DNA from: a bacterium
GTDB taxonomy: Bacteria > Ratteibacteria > UBA8468
NCBI GenBank assembly: GCA_030672255.1
Contig: DAOVGU010000137.1
Coordinates: forward strand, 1 to 48,119
Reading direction: 5' to 3'
DNA: 48,119 nucleotides
Below are positions 24,437 through 33,055 of the stretch, one piece after another (within the stretch, counting starts at the first letter, position 1; every line of letters starts with the position of its first letter). The translations under genes were made by a program, and so were the position numbers. Below the pieces are notes generated by a model that saw only the letters and a program-made list of their open reading frames with translations, searched no databases and had not been told where the DNA came from.

Positions 24437-25534
24437 TTAACCCTTTAGGGTATTCTTTGTCAAAGAGTAGAACGAGGAAAATCTATTCTCTCTGATTGCT
24501 TTTCTTGTCTCCTTCATCAAATGGTTAAGGAAAAAAAGGTTATGATAGGAGGCTAATCTCAAAGCCAGAAGTTCGCCAGCATTAAAGAGATGCCTGAGAT
24601 AGGCGCGGGTGTAATTTCGGCAGACAAAGCAGCTACAATCCTCATCAATAGGGGTAGTATCATTCTTGAATATACTATCGCGGATGATAATTTTCCCTTT
24701 ATGGGTCAGGCAACTCCCATTGCGGGCGATCTGGGTAGGGAAACTGCTGTCAAAAAGGTCAATTCCCCTTTTAATTAGTTCCAATATTTGAGCCGGCTTG
24801 CCAACACCCATTAAATAACGGGGCTTATTCTCCGGCATCAAAGGGACCAAAGAATCAACAACCTCAAGCATCATTTCCTCAGGTTCCCCTACCGAAAGGC
24901 TTCCAATCCCATAACCAGGAAAATTAATTTTCTCCAATTCTTCTATAGCTCTTCTGCGTAGCTCTTTATAGATGGAGCCTTGAATAATCCCGAATAAAAG
25001 TTGCCTACTATTTTTATGTACTTTTCTGCACCTTATTGCCCACCTAACTGTCCGCTCCATGCTCTTTTTTGCCTCTTTGTATTCTGCCGGATATCCCAAA
25101 CATTCATCGAAGACCATAATGATATCTGCTCCAAGAATTTCTTGAATCTTGATTGAGATCTCCGGGGAAAAGAAGTGGGAAGAGCCATCAAGAGAGGAGT
25201 GAAAATCGGCCCCCTCCTCGGTTACCTTTGTATTTTCTAGGCTAAAGACCTGATAACCTCCGGAATCTGTAAGGATTGGTCGGCTCCAGTTCATGAACCG
25301 ATGCAGGCCCCCAGATTTCTTAATAATCTCTACCCCCGGTTTCAGGTAAAGATGAAAGGCATTGGCCAAAATCAGTTTATAGTTCATCTCCATTAATTCT
25401 TCTGAGGAAAGGGTCTTTACTGCGCCGGCTGTAGCAACCGGCATAAAGGCGGGAGTAACAATTTTTCCATGGGGCGTAATAATCTCTCCCAACCTTGCTC
25501 TTGTTTTTTTATCCTGATGGATTACTTTGAACAT
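24437..25534 (-). CDS. tgt: tRNA-guanine transglycosylase (queuine tRNA-ribosyltransferase)
   Basis: 365 aa. It has DSGGYQ and the Zn site CSCFVCRNYTRAYLRHL. Confidence 0.95.
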   Translation of the reverse strand: MFKVIHQDKKTRARLGEIITPHGKIVTPAFMPVATAGAVKTLSSEELMEMNYKLILANAFHLYLKPGVEIIKKSGGLHRFMNWSRPILTDSGGYQVFSLENTKVTEEGADFHSSLDGSSHFFSPEISIKIQEILGADIIMVFDECLGYPAEYKEAKKSMERTVRWAIRCRKVHKNSRQLLFGIIQGSIYKELRRRAIEELEKINFPGYGIGSLSVGEPEEMMLEVVDSLVPLMPENKPRYLMGVGKPAQILELIKRGIDLFDSSFPTQIARNGSCLTHKGKIIIRDSIFKNDTTPIDEDCSCFVCRNYTRAYLRHLFNAGELLALRLASYHNLFFLNHLMKETRKAIRENRFSSFYSLTKNTLKG

Positions 25535-26617
25535 TTACAGAATCAGCATCGCATCGCCATAACTGGCGAAGCGGTATTTTCCTTTGATTGCCTCAGAATA
25601 GGCTCTCTGAATTAATTCCTTCCCGGCAAAGGTAGCGACTAAAAGAAAGAGGGTGGTAGATGGAAGATGAAAATTGGTAAGCATGCTATCTGTAATCTTA
25701 AATCTATAGCCGGGGTAGATATATAGTGAGGTCCAGCCTTTCCTGGGCTCTACATAACCATCGGTGTTGGCTGTTGTTTCTAAAACCCGCACACTGGTTG
25801 TTCCTACCGCAATGATTCTTTTGCCCTCTTTTTTAGTCTTATTAATCAATTTAGCTGCACCAGGAGGAAGTTCAAAATATTCCTTTTCCATCTGATGCTT
25901 TTCAATATCTTCCTCTCTGATTGGCTTAAAGGTGCTCCAGCCAATATTTAAGGTAACAAAGGTGATGCTCACTCCTTTTTCTTTCACTCTCTGCAAAAAT
26001 CCTTCAGTAAAATGTAAGCCAGCGGTAGGAGCCGCAATTGCTCCATTTCTTTTGCTATAGACGGTCTGGTAATAAGTCATATCAATAGGTAAGGGTTTTC
26101 GCTTAATGTAGGGAGGTAGAGGAATCTCGCCAATCTTCTTCAATAGCTCCTCTATCCTTCCCGGATAAAGAAACTCTACTTTGTACTTCCCATTCTTCTT
26201 TTCTAAGATTTTTGCTTTTATTCCTTCATTGAAGAAGATTGTTGAGCCAACCCTTATTCTTGGTCTGGCCAATGCTTCATAGATACTTTTCCCCTCACCT
26301 CTATCCGGGGGATGCACTCCCTCAAGGGGAGTGGAGCCCCCGGAAATTAGGCGGGGGTGTAACCTACGAAGCACCAAAAGTTCTGCCCTTCCTCCGGTTT
26401 CCTTTTTTCCTTTGAGCCGGGCTGGAATCACCTTGGTATTATTTAAGACCAAAAGGTCCCCTGAGGAAAGATAGTCGAGAAGAGCAGGAAAGATGCGATG
26501 CTCAATCCTTTTCTCCTTTCTTTTGATGACCAATAGCCTTGCCCTTTCTCTCTTTAAAAGTGGCATCTGGGCAATTAGCTCCTTTGGCAGGAAGTAGTCA
26601 AAATCGGAAAGTCTCAT
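25535..26617 (-). CDS. queA: S-adenosylmethionine:tRNA ribosyltransferase-isomerase
   Basis: 360 aa. Motifs are MRLSDFDYFLPKELIAQ...PTAGLHFT...SYGDAMLI. Confidence 0.95.
   Translation of the reverse strand: MRLSDFDYFLPKELIAQMPLLKRERARLLVIKRKEKRIEHRIFPALLDYLSSGDLLVLNNTKVIPARLKGKKETGGRAELLVLRRLHPRLISGGSTPLEGVHPPDRGEGKSIYEALARPRIRVGSTIFFNEGIKAKILEKKNGKYKVEFLYPGRIEELLKKIGEIPLPPYIKRKPLPIDMTYYQTVYSKRNGAIAAPTAGLHFTEGFLQRVKEKGVSITFVTLNIGWSTFKPIREEDIEKHQMEKEYFELPPGAAKLINKTKKEGKRIIAVGTTSVRVLETTANTDGYVEPRKGWTSLYIYPGYRFKITDSMLTNFHLPSTTLFLLVATFAGKELIQRAYSEAIKGKYRFASYGDAMLIL
26291..26359. repeat. R3-type triple-nested palindrome in frame in queA
   Basis: Read on the minus strand as (L)HPRLISGGSTPLEGVHPPDRGEG. 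Arms are CACCCCCGCC/GGTGAGGGG, TCCGGGGG/CCCCCGGA, CACTCCCC-TTGA-GGGAGTG. Confidence 0.8.
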
Positions 26618-26631
26618 AATACATTATAGCT

Positions 26632-26724
26632 GTCATTGCGAAGCCGAAGGCTGTGGCAATCTCTGACTTCTCTGAAGAGAGAGATTCTTCGTCCGCCAAT
26701 AAATATTGGCGGACTCAGAATGAC
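26632..26724. repeat. R1-like element (GTCATTGCGAAG ... CTCAGAATGAC)
   Basis: Its right end supplies the last codons and the TGA stop (26715-26717) of the GT2 gene. Confidence 0.7.
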
Positions 26725-27446
26725 GTTTTGTGGTTATCTGTGGTTATGCATTTATAAAAAGCCCAGAGATACCATTTGAGGTAGATGGGTGCAATTTTTA
26801 AGATTTTAAACTTAGATTTGCCTCTCTTTCTTCCTTTCCAGTTGGTTGGAACCTCAGCAATCTTGCATCCTTGATAATACAGTTTCAAGGCAACCTCCAT
26901 TGAGGTAGCAAAGCTACTACCTTCTTTAACCTTTATCTTTTGTAGAGCGCTTCTTCGGTATAGTTTGAAGGCATTGGCGATATCTGCGGTGGGAATCCTG
27001 GTTAAGAAATGAATGCTTTTCCCAACAAATTTAGAGAAAAAGCCTTTTAGTCTTGAACCACCGATTCTTCTTCCTCCTTTGCTATAACGAGAAGCACAGA
27101 TAAGGTCATAGCCTTCTTTCATCTTTTCATACATCTCTTTTATAGTATCCGGGTCATCACAGCCATCGGCCATTACCGGAATGAGAAACTCTCCCTGTGC
27201 TTCTTGAAATCCGGTGATTAAGGTGGAAGCAAAACCTCTTTTTCCGATATTATGGAACAGTCTAATATTGGAATATTTTTTCATTAATTTTTGTGTAATA
27301 CTAACAGTTTTATCAAGAGAATGGTCGTTAACAATAACAATTTCAAAATTATAATCGGAAAGGGTCCTCTCTAAAGAGGAAATCATCTCCTCCAGAGAAT
27401 CCTCCTCATTATGTGCGGGGATAATAATGGAAAAATTCGTCGGCAT
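26715..27446 (-). CDS. family 2 glycosyltransferase, Dpm1/ArnC-like (polyprenyl-phosphate sugar synthase type)
   Basis: Start at MPTNFSIIIPAHNEE. Motifs are VNDHSLDKT, ADGCDDP, ASRY. Confidence 0.8.
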   Translation of the reverse strand: MPTNFSIIIPAHNEEDSLEEMISSLERTLSDYNFEIVIVNDHSLDKTVSITQKLMKKYSNIRLFHNIGKRGFASTLITGFQEAQGEFLIPVMADGCDDPDTIKEMYEKMKEGYDLICASRYSKGGRRIGGSRLKGFFSKFVGKSIHFLTRIPTADIANAFKLYRRSALQKIKVKEGSSFATSMEVALKLYYQGCKIAEVPTNWKGRKRGKSKFKILKIAPIYLKWYLWAFYKCITTDNHKTSF

Positions 27447-27520
27447 ATTAAACTTGTAGGGGTTGGATCCATCCGACCCGCGGGCCTGATAAATCAAGCC
27501 CCTACACTGACATGTTACCG

Positions 27521-28642
27521 CTAAATTAAATTTTTATCTTTCAATTTTTTCGCTGCCTTCTCAAAAAAATCCTCTGCCTCCACGCTCTTTGACCAGTCAA
27601 CCAATTCTTCTATTCCTTCTTCCAGATTTATTCTCGGTTGAAAGCCCAAGAGCCTTTTTATCTTGCCAATATCGGCAAAGCAATGCCGGATATCACCCTT
27701 ACGGAATTTATTGGTAATTTCGGGTTTTATTGATTTTCCGGTTGCTTTGGTTAATCTTTCTGCTATTTTCAGAATGGTCGTTGCTTTTCCTGAACCCAGA
27801 TTAAAAATCTGATAATCTGCCTTTTCCTTCTCCATCGCTAAAATATTTGCTCTTACCACATCATAGACCGAAATGAAATCCCGGGATTGGCTACCATCCT
27901 CATAGATAATCGGGGCTTTACTATTCTTGATTCTTGATAAGAAAATGGCCATTACCCCGGTATAGGGATTGGAGAGGGACTGTCTTGGACCATAGACATT
28001 AAAGAAGCGAAGAACAACTACCGGGAGAAAATAGGTTTTGCCGATATTTAAGACGAGCTCCTCCTGGGTTTTCTTAGTGATGGCATAGATGGAGTTTACA
28101 TTTAATCTTGCTGATTCTCTGGTAGCGACTGGCTTTAAAATTCTCTGGCAGGCAGGGCAATAAGGTTCCCAGTCCTTCCTTTTTAATTGGCGAAGAACCC
28201 GTAACTCTGGCTGAACAATCCCACAGGAGGAACATCTATACTCCCCTTCACCGTACTCACTCATCGAAGCGGCCAAAATCAGCTTTTTTATTTTATTTTT
28301 GTTATTTACTATAAGGTCGAGGAGATTGGCTGTCCCGCCAATATTGGTCTCCACATATCTTTTTACTTCGTACTGGCTCTGGCCAATGCCAACGGCTGCG
28401 GCAAAATGAAAGATAATTTCTATATTTTTTATTGCTTTCTTTAAATCATTTAGTTTCCTGATATCTCCTTTAATAAATTTCGCCCTTCCCGTATTAAATA
28501 CGGGATAGGCCGGTAATCTTTTTTCGGGATGAACCTGGGCCTCTAAGTTATCGAAAGCGGTTACCTGATGGCCTTTTTTAACCAATTCATCAACAAGGAA
28601 ACTGCCAATAAACCCTGCCCCTCCCGTCACTAATATTTTCAT
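27521..28642 (-). CDS. NAD-dependent sugar epimerase/dehydratase (extended SDR) with Cys4 insert
   Basis: 373 aa. It has TGGAGFIGS and YAITK (YxxxK). An extra CSSC...CPAC segment lies at 28148-28234. Confidence 0.85.
   Translation of the reverse strand: MKILVTGGAGFIGSFLVDELVKKGHQVTAFDNLEAQVHPEKRLPAYPVFNTGRAKFIKGDIRKLNDLKKAIKNIEIIFHFAAAVGIGQSQYEVKRYVETNIGGTANLLDLIVNNKNKIKKLILAASMSEYGEGEYRCSSCGIVQPELRVLRQLKRKDWEPYCPACQRILKPVATRESARLNVNSIYAITKKTQEELVLNIGKTYFLPVVVLRFFNVYGPRQSLSNPYTGVMAIFLSRIKNSKAPIIYEDGSQSRDFISVYDVVRANILAMEKEKADYQIFNLGSGKATTILKIAERLTKATGKSIKPEITNKFRKGDIRHCFADIGKIKRLLGFQPRINLEEGIEELVDWSKSVEAEDFFEKAAKKLKDKNLI
28488..28504. repeat. R2 palindrome in frame in the SDR gene
   Basis: CCCGTATTAAATACGGG is read on the minus strand as PVFNTG (residues 47-52). 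Confidence 0.9.
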
Positions 28643-28645
28643 TAA

Positions 28646-29968
28646 TTATCCCCTTCCCACTCCCTCATAAACAAATCCCAATTTTTTCATTCTTTCCGGC
28701 TCATAGATATTGCGACCATCAATGAGATAAGGCTTTTGCAGCAACCTTTTTACCTTGATTAAGTTGAGATTCTTAAATTCCTCCCATTCGGTAAGAATAA
28801 GCAGGAGCTCAGCATCTTTGCAGACTTCATAAGGGTTTCTGCAATAGGTAATCCGCCAATGTTTAGTGGCGGAGGGAAAAATTTTCTTTGTCTCCCTCAT
28901 CGCCTCAGGGTCATATACCCGAAGAACCGCCCCCTCGGAAAGAAGCTCTTTTATAATCTTAATGGAAGGAGCTTCCCGAATATCATCGGTATTCGGTTTA
29001 AAGGAAAGGCCCAGGATGCCAATTCTCCTATTTTTCAGGGTCGGCAGGAGTCTTTTTACCTTCTTGAAAAGAAGGTTTAATTGTTCTTGATTAATCCTTT
29101 GCACCGCTTTAAGCAGACTAAAGTCGTAGCCTTCCTCCTTCGCCAGATGGATAAAGGCGGCTACATCCTTAGCAAAGCAGCTGCCTCCATAGCCAATTCC
29201 TGCAGAGAGAAATTTTTTACCAATGCGGGAATCATAGCCCATCCCCTTTGCTACCTGGCTAACATCCGCTCCTACCTTCTCACAGATACGAGAGATCGCA
29301 TTGATGTAGGAAATTTTTGTGGCTAAAAAGGAGTTAGAGGCATGCTTAATCAGTTCAGCGCTCCTTACATCGGTGAAGATAATCGGTGCTTTTATTGGTC
29401 GATAAAGCTCGGCTAATGTTCTTCTTGCTCTTTGCGATTCGGCGCCGATGATAATACGTTCGGGTTGCAAAAAATCCAATATTGCCGAGCCTTCCCTTAA
29501 AAATTCCGGATTAGCGGCCAGATCAAAATCAACCTCTTTCCTTTTAATCAAATTAATTGTTCTCTTTACCCATTCCCCGGTCATTACCGGAACGGTGCTC
29601 TTCTCCACCAGTAATTTATAACCCTTCATTGCCTTTGCTATCTCTGAGGTAACCGCCTCAACAGCCGAAAGGTCTGCCCCTCCATCTTTTTTAGAAGGGG
29701 TTCCTACAGCGATAAAGATAATCTCAGAAACACTGATAGCCTCTTTAATACTCCCACTAAAGGAAAGTTTTTCTCTTTTCACCGCTTTTTTCACTATCTC
29801 TTCCAAACCAGGCTCAAAGAAGGGCATTATCCCTTTTTTAAGACCACCTATCTTTCTCTGATCATTATCTACACAGATGACCTTTCCCGTATTAAATACG
29901 GGATTAGCAAAACAGGCCGCGGTTACCAATCCGACGTGGCCGGCTCCAATTACCGTGATTCCTTTCAT
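28646..29968 (-). CDS. ugd: UDP-glucose 6-dehydrogenase
   Basis: It has GAGHVGLV and catalytic GGSCFAKD. The start at 29968 gives an ATGA overlap with the upstream stop. Confidence 0.92.
   Translation of the reverse strand: MKGITVIGAGHVGLVTAACFANPVFNTGKVICVDNDQRKIGGLKKGIMPFFEPGLEEIVKKAVKREKLSFSGSIKEAISVSEIIFIAVGTPSKKDGGADLSAVEAVTSEIAKAMKGYKLLVEKSTVPVMTGEWVKRTINLIKRKEVDFDLAANPEFLREGSAILDFLQPERIIIGAESQRARRTLAELYRPIKAPIIFTDVRSAELIKHASNSFLATKISYINAISRICEKVGADVSQVAKGMGYDSRIGKKFLSAGIGYGGSCFAKDVAAFIHLAKEEGYDFSLLKAVQRINQEQLNLLFKKVKRLLPTLKNRRIGILGLSFKPNTDDIREAPSIKIIKELLSEGAVLRVYDPEAMRETKKIFPSATKHWRITYCRNPYEVCKDAELLLILTEWEEFKNLNLIKVKRLLQKPYLIDGRNIYEPERMKKLGFVYEGVGRG
29886..29902. repeat. R2 palindrome in frame in ugd
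   Basis: CCCGTATTAAATACGGG is read as (FAN)PVFNTG(KVICVD). Confidence 0.9.
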
Positions 29969-30969
29969 TTTACCCCTTTCATCCATTCGACCAGTTTTTT
30001 TAACCCTTCATCCACCTTAATCACAGGTTTCCAGCCAAAATCCTTCCTCGCCTTTCTGATATCGCTGATGTAGATTTTTTGGTCTCCGAGACGCCAATTG
30101 GCAAAGGTATAAGGGATTTTTTTGCCAATAAGTCCCTCCAGTTCACCGATAAGTTCCAAAAGTGAGATCCTATTCCCCTTTCCTCCACCGATATTATAGA
30201 TTTCTCCTTTTGTTCTAACAATACTTTTAATGCATAGTTGAAATGCTTTTATTAAATCATCAATATAAAGAATATCCCTTACCTGTTTGCCATCTCCATA
30301 AATGGTTATGGACCTTCCTTTTAAACTTGAGATAGCAAAGTGCGCCACCCAGCCCTGCTCCTCATTACCAAATTGGTGCGGTCCGTAGATGCAGGACTGG
30401 CGGAAGACAACTGTTTTTAATCCATAAATCCGGGAATAATCCCTGACATACTGGTCAGCGGCTCCTTTGGAACAGCCGTAAGGGGAATAGAAGTCTAAAA
30501 GAGTATTCTCAGATATGCCAGATAGATCTTCAAATTGGTATCTTTTCCCCTTTTCAATTATCCTTTTATCCTTGACTTCCCCATAAACCTTATTGGTTGA
30601 GGCAAAGATTAAAATGCTCTCCGGGGAAAGGTTTCTCATCGCCTCTAAAAGATTTAGGGTGCCGGTAGCGTTAACCTCAAAATCCTCCCTGGGATTAGTT
30701 ACGGAATTGGTCACCGCTACCTGCGCGGCAAGATGATAGATAATATCTGTGTTTTTAACCGCCTCTTTTACCTTTTTATCATCCCGGATATCTGCAATCG
30801 TTATCTCTAAATTCCCTTCAAGACTCTTTAGCCACTTGAGATTTTCCTCTGTTCCTTCCCGGGAAAGATTATCAAAAACTCTAATCTTTTCTCCTTTTTT
30901 AAGAAGAAAGGCAGCCAAATTTGTCCCAATAAATCCTGCCCCTCCTGTAACTAATATTTTCTTTGCCAT
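29965..30969 (-). CDS. NAD-dependent sugar epimerase (CDP-paratose/tyvelose 2-epimerase-like SDR)
   Basis: 334 aa. Motifs are TGGAGFIGTN, YSPYGCSKGAADQY, EQGWVAHF. Confidence 0.75.
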   Translation of the reverse strand: MAKKILVTGGAGFIGTNLAAFLLKKGEKIRVFDNLSREGTEENLKWLKSLEGNLEITIADIRDDKKVKEAVKNTDIIYHLAAQVAVTNSVTNPREDFEVNATGTLNLLEAMRNLSPESILIFASTNKVYGEVKDKRIIEKGKRYQFEDLSGISENTLLDFYSPYGCSKGAADQYVRDYSRIYGLKTVVFRQSCIYGPHQFGNEEQGWVAHFAISSLKGRSITIYGDGKQVRDILYIDDLIKAFQLCIKSIVRTKGEIYNIGGGKGNRISLLELIGELEGLIGKKIPYTFANWRLGDQKIYISDIRKARKDFGWKPVIKVDEGLKKLVEWMKGVK

Positions 30970-32189
30970 TTTAGTCTCTCCTTTAGCGCATAGAAGCCAG
31001 AAGTTGCCAGAATAATAAGGTAAGGTTCTAGCGGAAGACGATATCTAATGCAAGCTCGGGTAGCCATATTAACAATGGTTTGAGAAAGAAAGAGGAAGTA
31101 AAAGAGAGAACAAACTTTCTGTTTTTCTTTAGCAAAAAGGGCGCCGATAAAAGCCAAGAGAAAAAGGGGAATGTAGATAAAACTACTGCCTAACCAATAT
31201 GAAAATGAGTAATATTTTTTATGGGGGAATGGCGCCCAAAATCTACCAAAGCGGCTTAAAGCTCTCTGGCAATATAAAAAAGGGTCTTTTCTAATGTAAA
31301 AAAAGGCTTTTTGGCGAAGATAGGAATCTGCCTTTACTTCCGACATACCCTTGAGTTTCTCCCTTATAGTCGGAATTTCCGTTGGAAAAAGGTCACCACG
31401 AATCCGATCATTAATATAAGGATTATTTGCTTGAAGAAAGACCCAACCCCCATTAGTGGTAAGCGGAACAAAGGTGTGGGTCAAACGGTAGTTTCTCCCT
31501 ACCCAAGGTATCATCGCTAAAAGGGCAAAAAGAAGAGTGATTGCGCTCTTTTTCCACCGATAAAGAGAGGAAGTAAAGGAAATCTGCCAGATAAGAACAA
31601 AAGGAAGAAAAGTGGCATAAGCCGAACGAGAAAGTATTGTTAGACCTAAGGCAATACCACTGCCAATATTTATCAAACAAGAGCCATTACCCTCACTTCC
31701 TCTTAAAAGCAAAAATATCGTCAGGGCTAAAAAGAAAGTTCCTAAAATATCTGGTGCGGAGACGCCACAGAAATAAATAAATGTTGGAAAAATGGCAAAG
31801 ATGCCGGCAGATGAAAAACCTATTTTTTCTCCAAAGATTCTTTTGGCAATATCATAGACAAAAAAGATGGTAAGAGCATTGATAAGACATACCATAATCT
31901 TTGTTGCCAAAAAGTTATTGTTTCCAAAGAAAAGATAGTTTATGACAAGAAATGTCAGAAAAACAGGTCCACGGAAGGCATAACAAACTTGTCCTGGCCC
32001 TCCCCCAAGGCGTCCGGTCATACAAAAGCCATTTCCCTTTAAGAAATTTTGCGCCATGGGATTCCATCCATCTTCCCAATTACAGACGAATCTATCACCC
32101 CGGAGAAAAAGATAAGATAATCTTAAAAGCCAGCCAGCTAAAAAGAGCAAAATAAGTATTTTTTTGTTCTTGCCCCCTTCCCTCATCAA
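30951..32189 (-). CDS. GT-C fold membrane glycosyltransferase (ArnT/PMT_2-like)
   Basis: 412 aa, about 11 hydrophobic segments, with an N-terminal loop containing acidic residues. Confidence 0.7.
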   Translation of the reverse strand: MMREGGKNKKILILLFLAGWLLRLSYLFLRGDRFVCNWEDGWNPMAQNFLKGNGFCMTGRLGGGPGQVCYAFRGPVFLTFLVINYLFFGNNNFLATKIMVCLINALTIFFVYDIAKRIFGEKIGFSSAGIFAIFPTFIYFCGVSAPDILGTFFLALTIFLLLRGSEGNGSCLINIGSGIALGLTILSRSAYATFLPFVLIWQISFTSSLYRWKKSAITLLFALLAMIPWVGRNYRLTHTFVPLTTNGGWVFLQANNPYINDRIRGDLFPTEIPTIREKLKGMSEVKADSYLRQKAFFYIRKDPFLYCQRALSRFGRFWAPFPHKKYYSFSYWLGSSFIYIPLFLLAFIGALFAKEKQKVCSLFYFLFLSQTIVNMATRACIRYRLPLEPYLIILATSGFYALKERLKWQRKY

Positions 32190-32407
32190 ATCTCCAATTT
32201 TCTCTTTAATTTTAATTCCTTAAATCCATACCAGCACATCCTTAAAAAGGCACTTCCATCCTTAAAAATTCTCATTTTAGATTTTCCCTTCCTTCATCTT
32301 TTTCTTTTAATTATTTTTCAGCAACAATTAATAGGGAACCGGATATCTCTCGAAGAATAGGCGTTTTTTCCAAATACTCAGATAATCTCGATACTATTTT
32401 TCCCGAC

Positions 32408-33046
32408 TCATTTTTCTGCTTTAAGGCAAGTATACAATGCTATATTAGAGAGTATGAATGGTGGTATTGTCTTAATTTTTCTGATTTTCAGATATCTCGA
32501 TATTATATTAATAATTTGGTTTGAACTATTGATGTGGTATTTTTTACTTTCATGGAAACTAATAAGGTGGAAACAAAAAGTCATCAGTGAATTAACCAAT
32601 GGAAATCCGACTATAAACTGCCCTTTGGGTTTTAAAATTCTTGTAATCTCTTTGATGGCATTATCAAGAGCCAATATATGTTCAAGAACAGAAAAGCAGA
32701 TTATAGCATCGAATGAGTTATTGTCAAAAGAGGTTTTACATATATCCATTCTATGAAAAACCATTTTACCTTCCTTATCAGATAGGGATAACAGCCTGTC
32801 TGGCAAAATTAAATCTATCCCAATATATTTATCACTGATAGAAGTGAGGATTGGCACTAACAAGCCACTTCCAACCCCAACCTCTAAGATGCTTTCAACG
32901 GGATATTTTAATAGCGATAACCCTACATTAATTCTGTGTCTATATAACCAGCCCACAAGTGGATGATAATAATAGAATAACGGATCGCTTTTATTGCTGG
33001 GAACAAGCGTTCCTTTTGCTGGTATTTTCAAATTTAATCTACCCAT
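32408..33046 (-). CDS. class I SAM-dependent methyltransferase
   Basis: 212 aa. Motif I is ILEVGVGSGL, followed by FDAIICFSVLEHI. Confidence 0.75.
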   Translation of the reverse strand: MGRLNLKIPAKGTLVPSNKSDPLFYYYHPLVGWLYRHRINVGLSLLKYPVESILEVGVGSGLLVPILTSISDKYIGIDLILPDRLLSLSDKEGKMVFHRMDICKTSFDNNSFDAIICFSVLEHILALDNAIKEITRILKPKGQFIVGFPLVNSLMTFCFHLISFHESKKYHINSSNQIINIISRYLKIRKIKTIPPFILSNIALYTCLKAEK

Positions 33047-33055
33047 TTCATTTAA

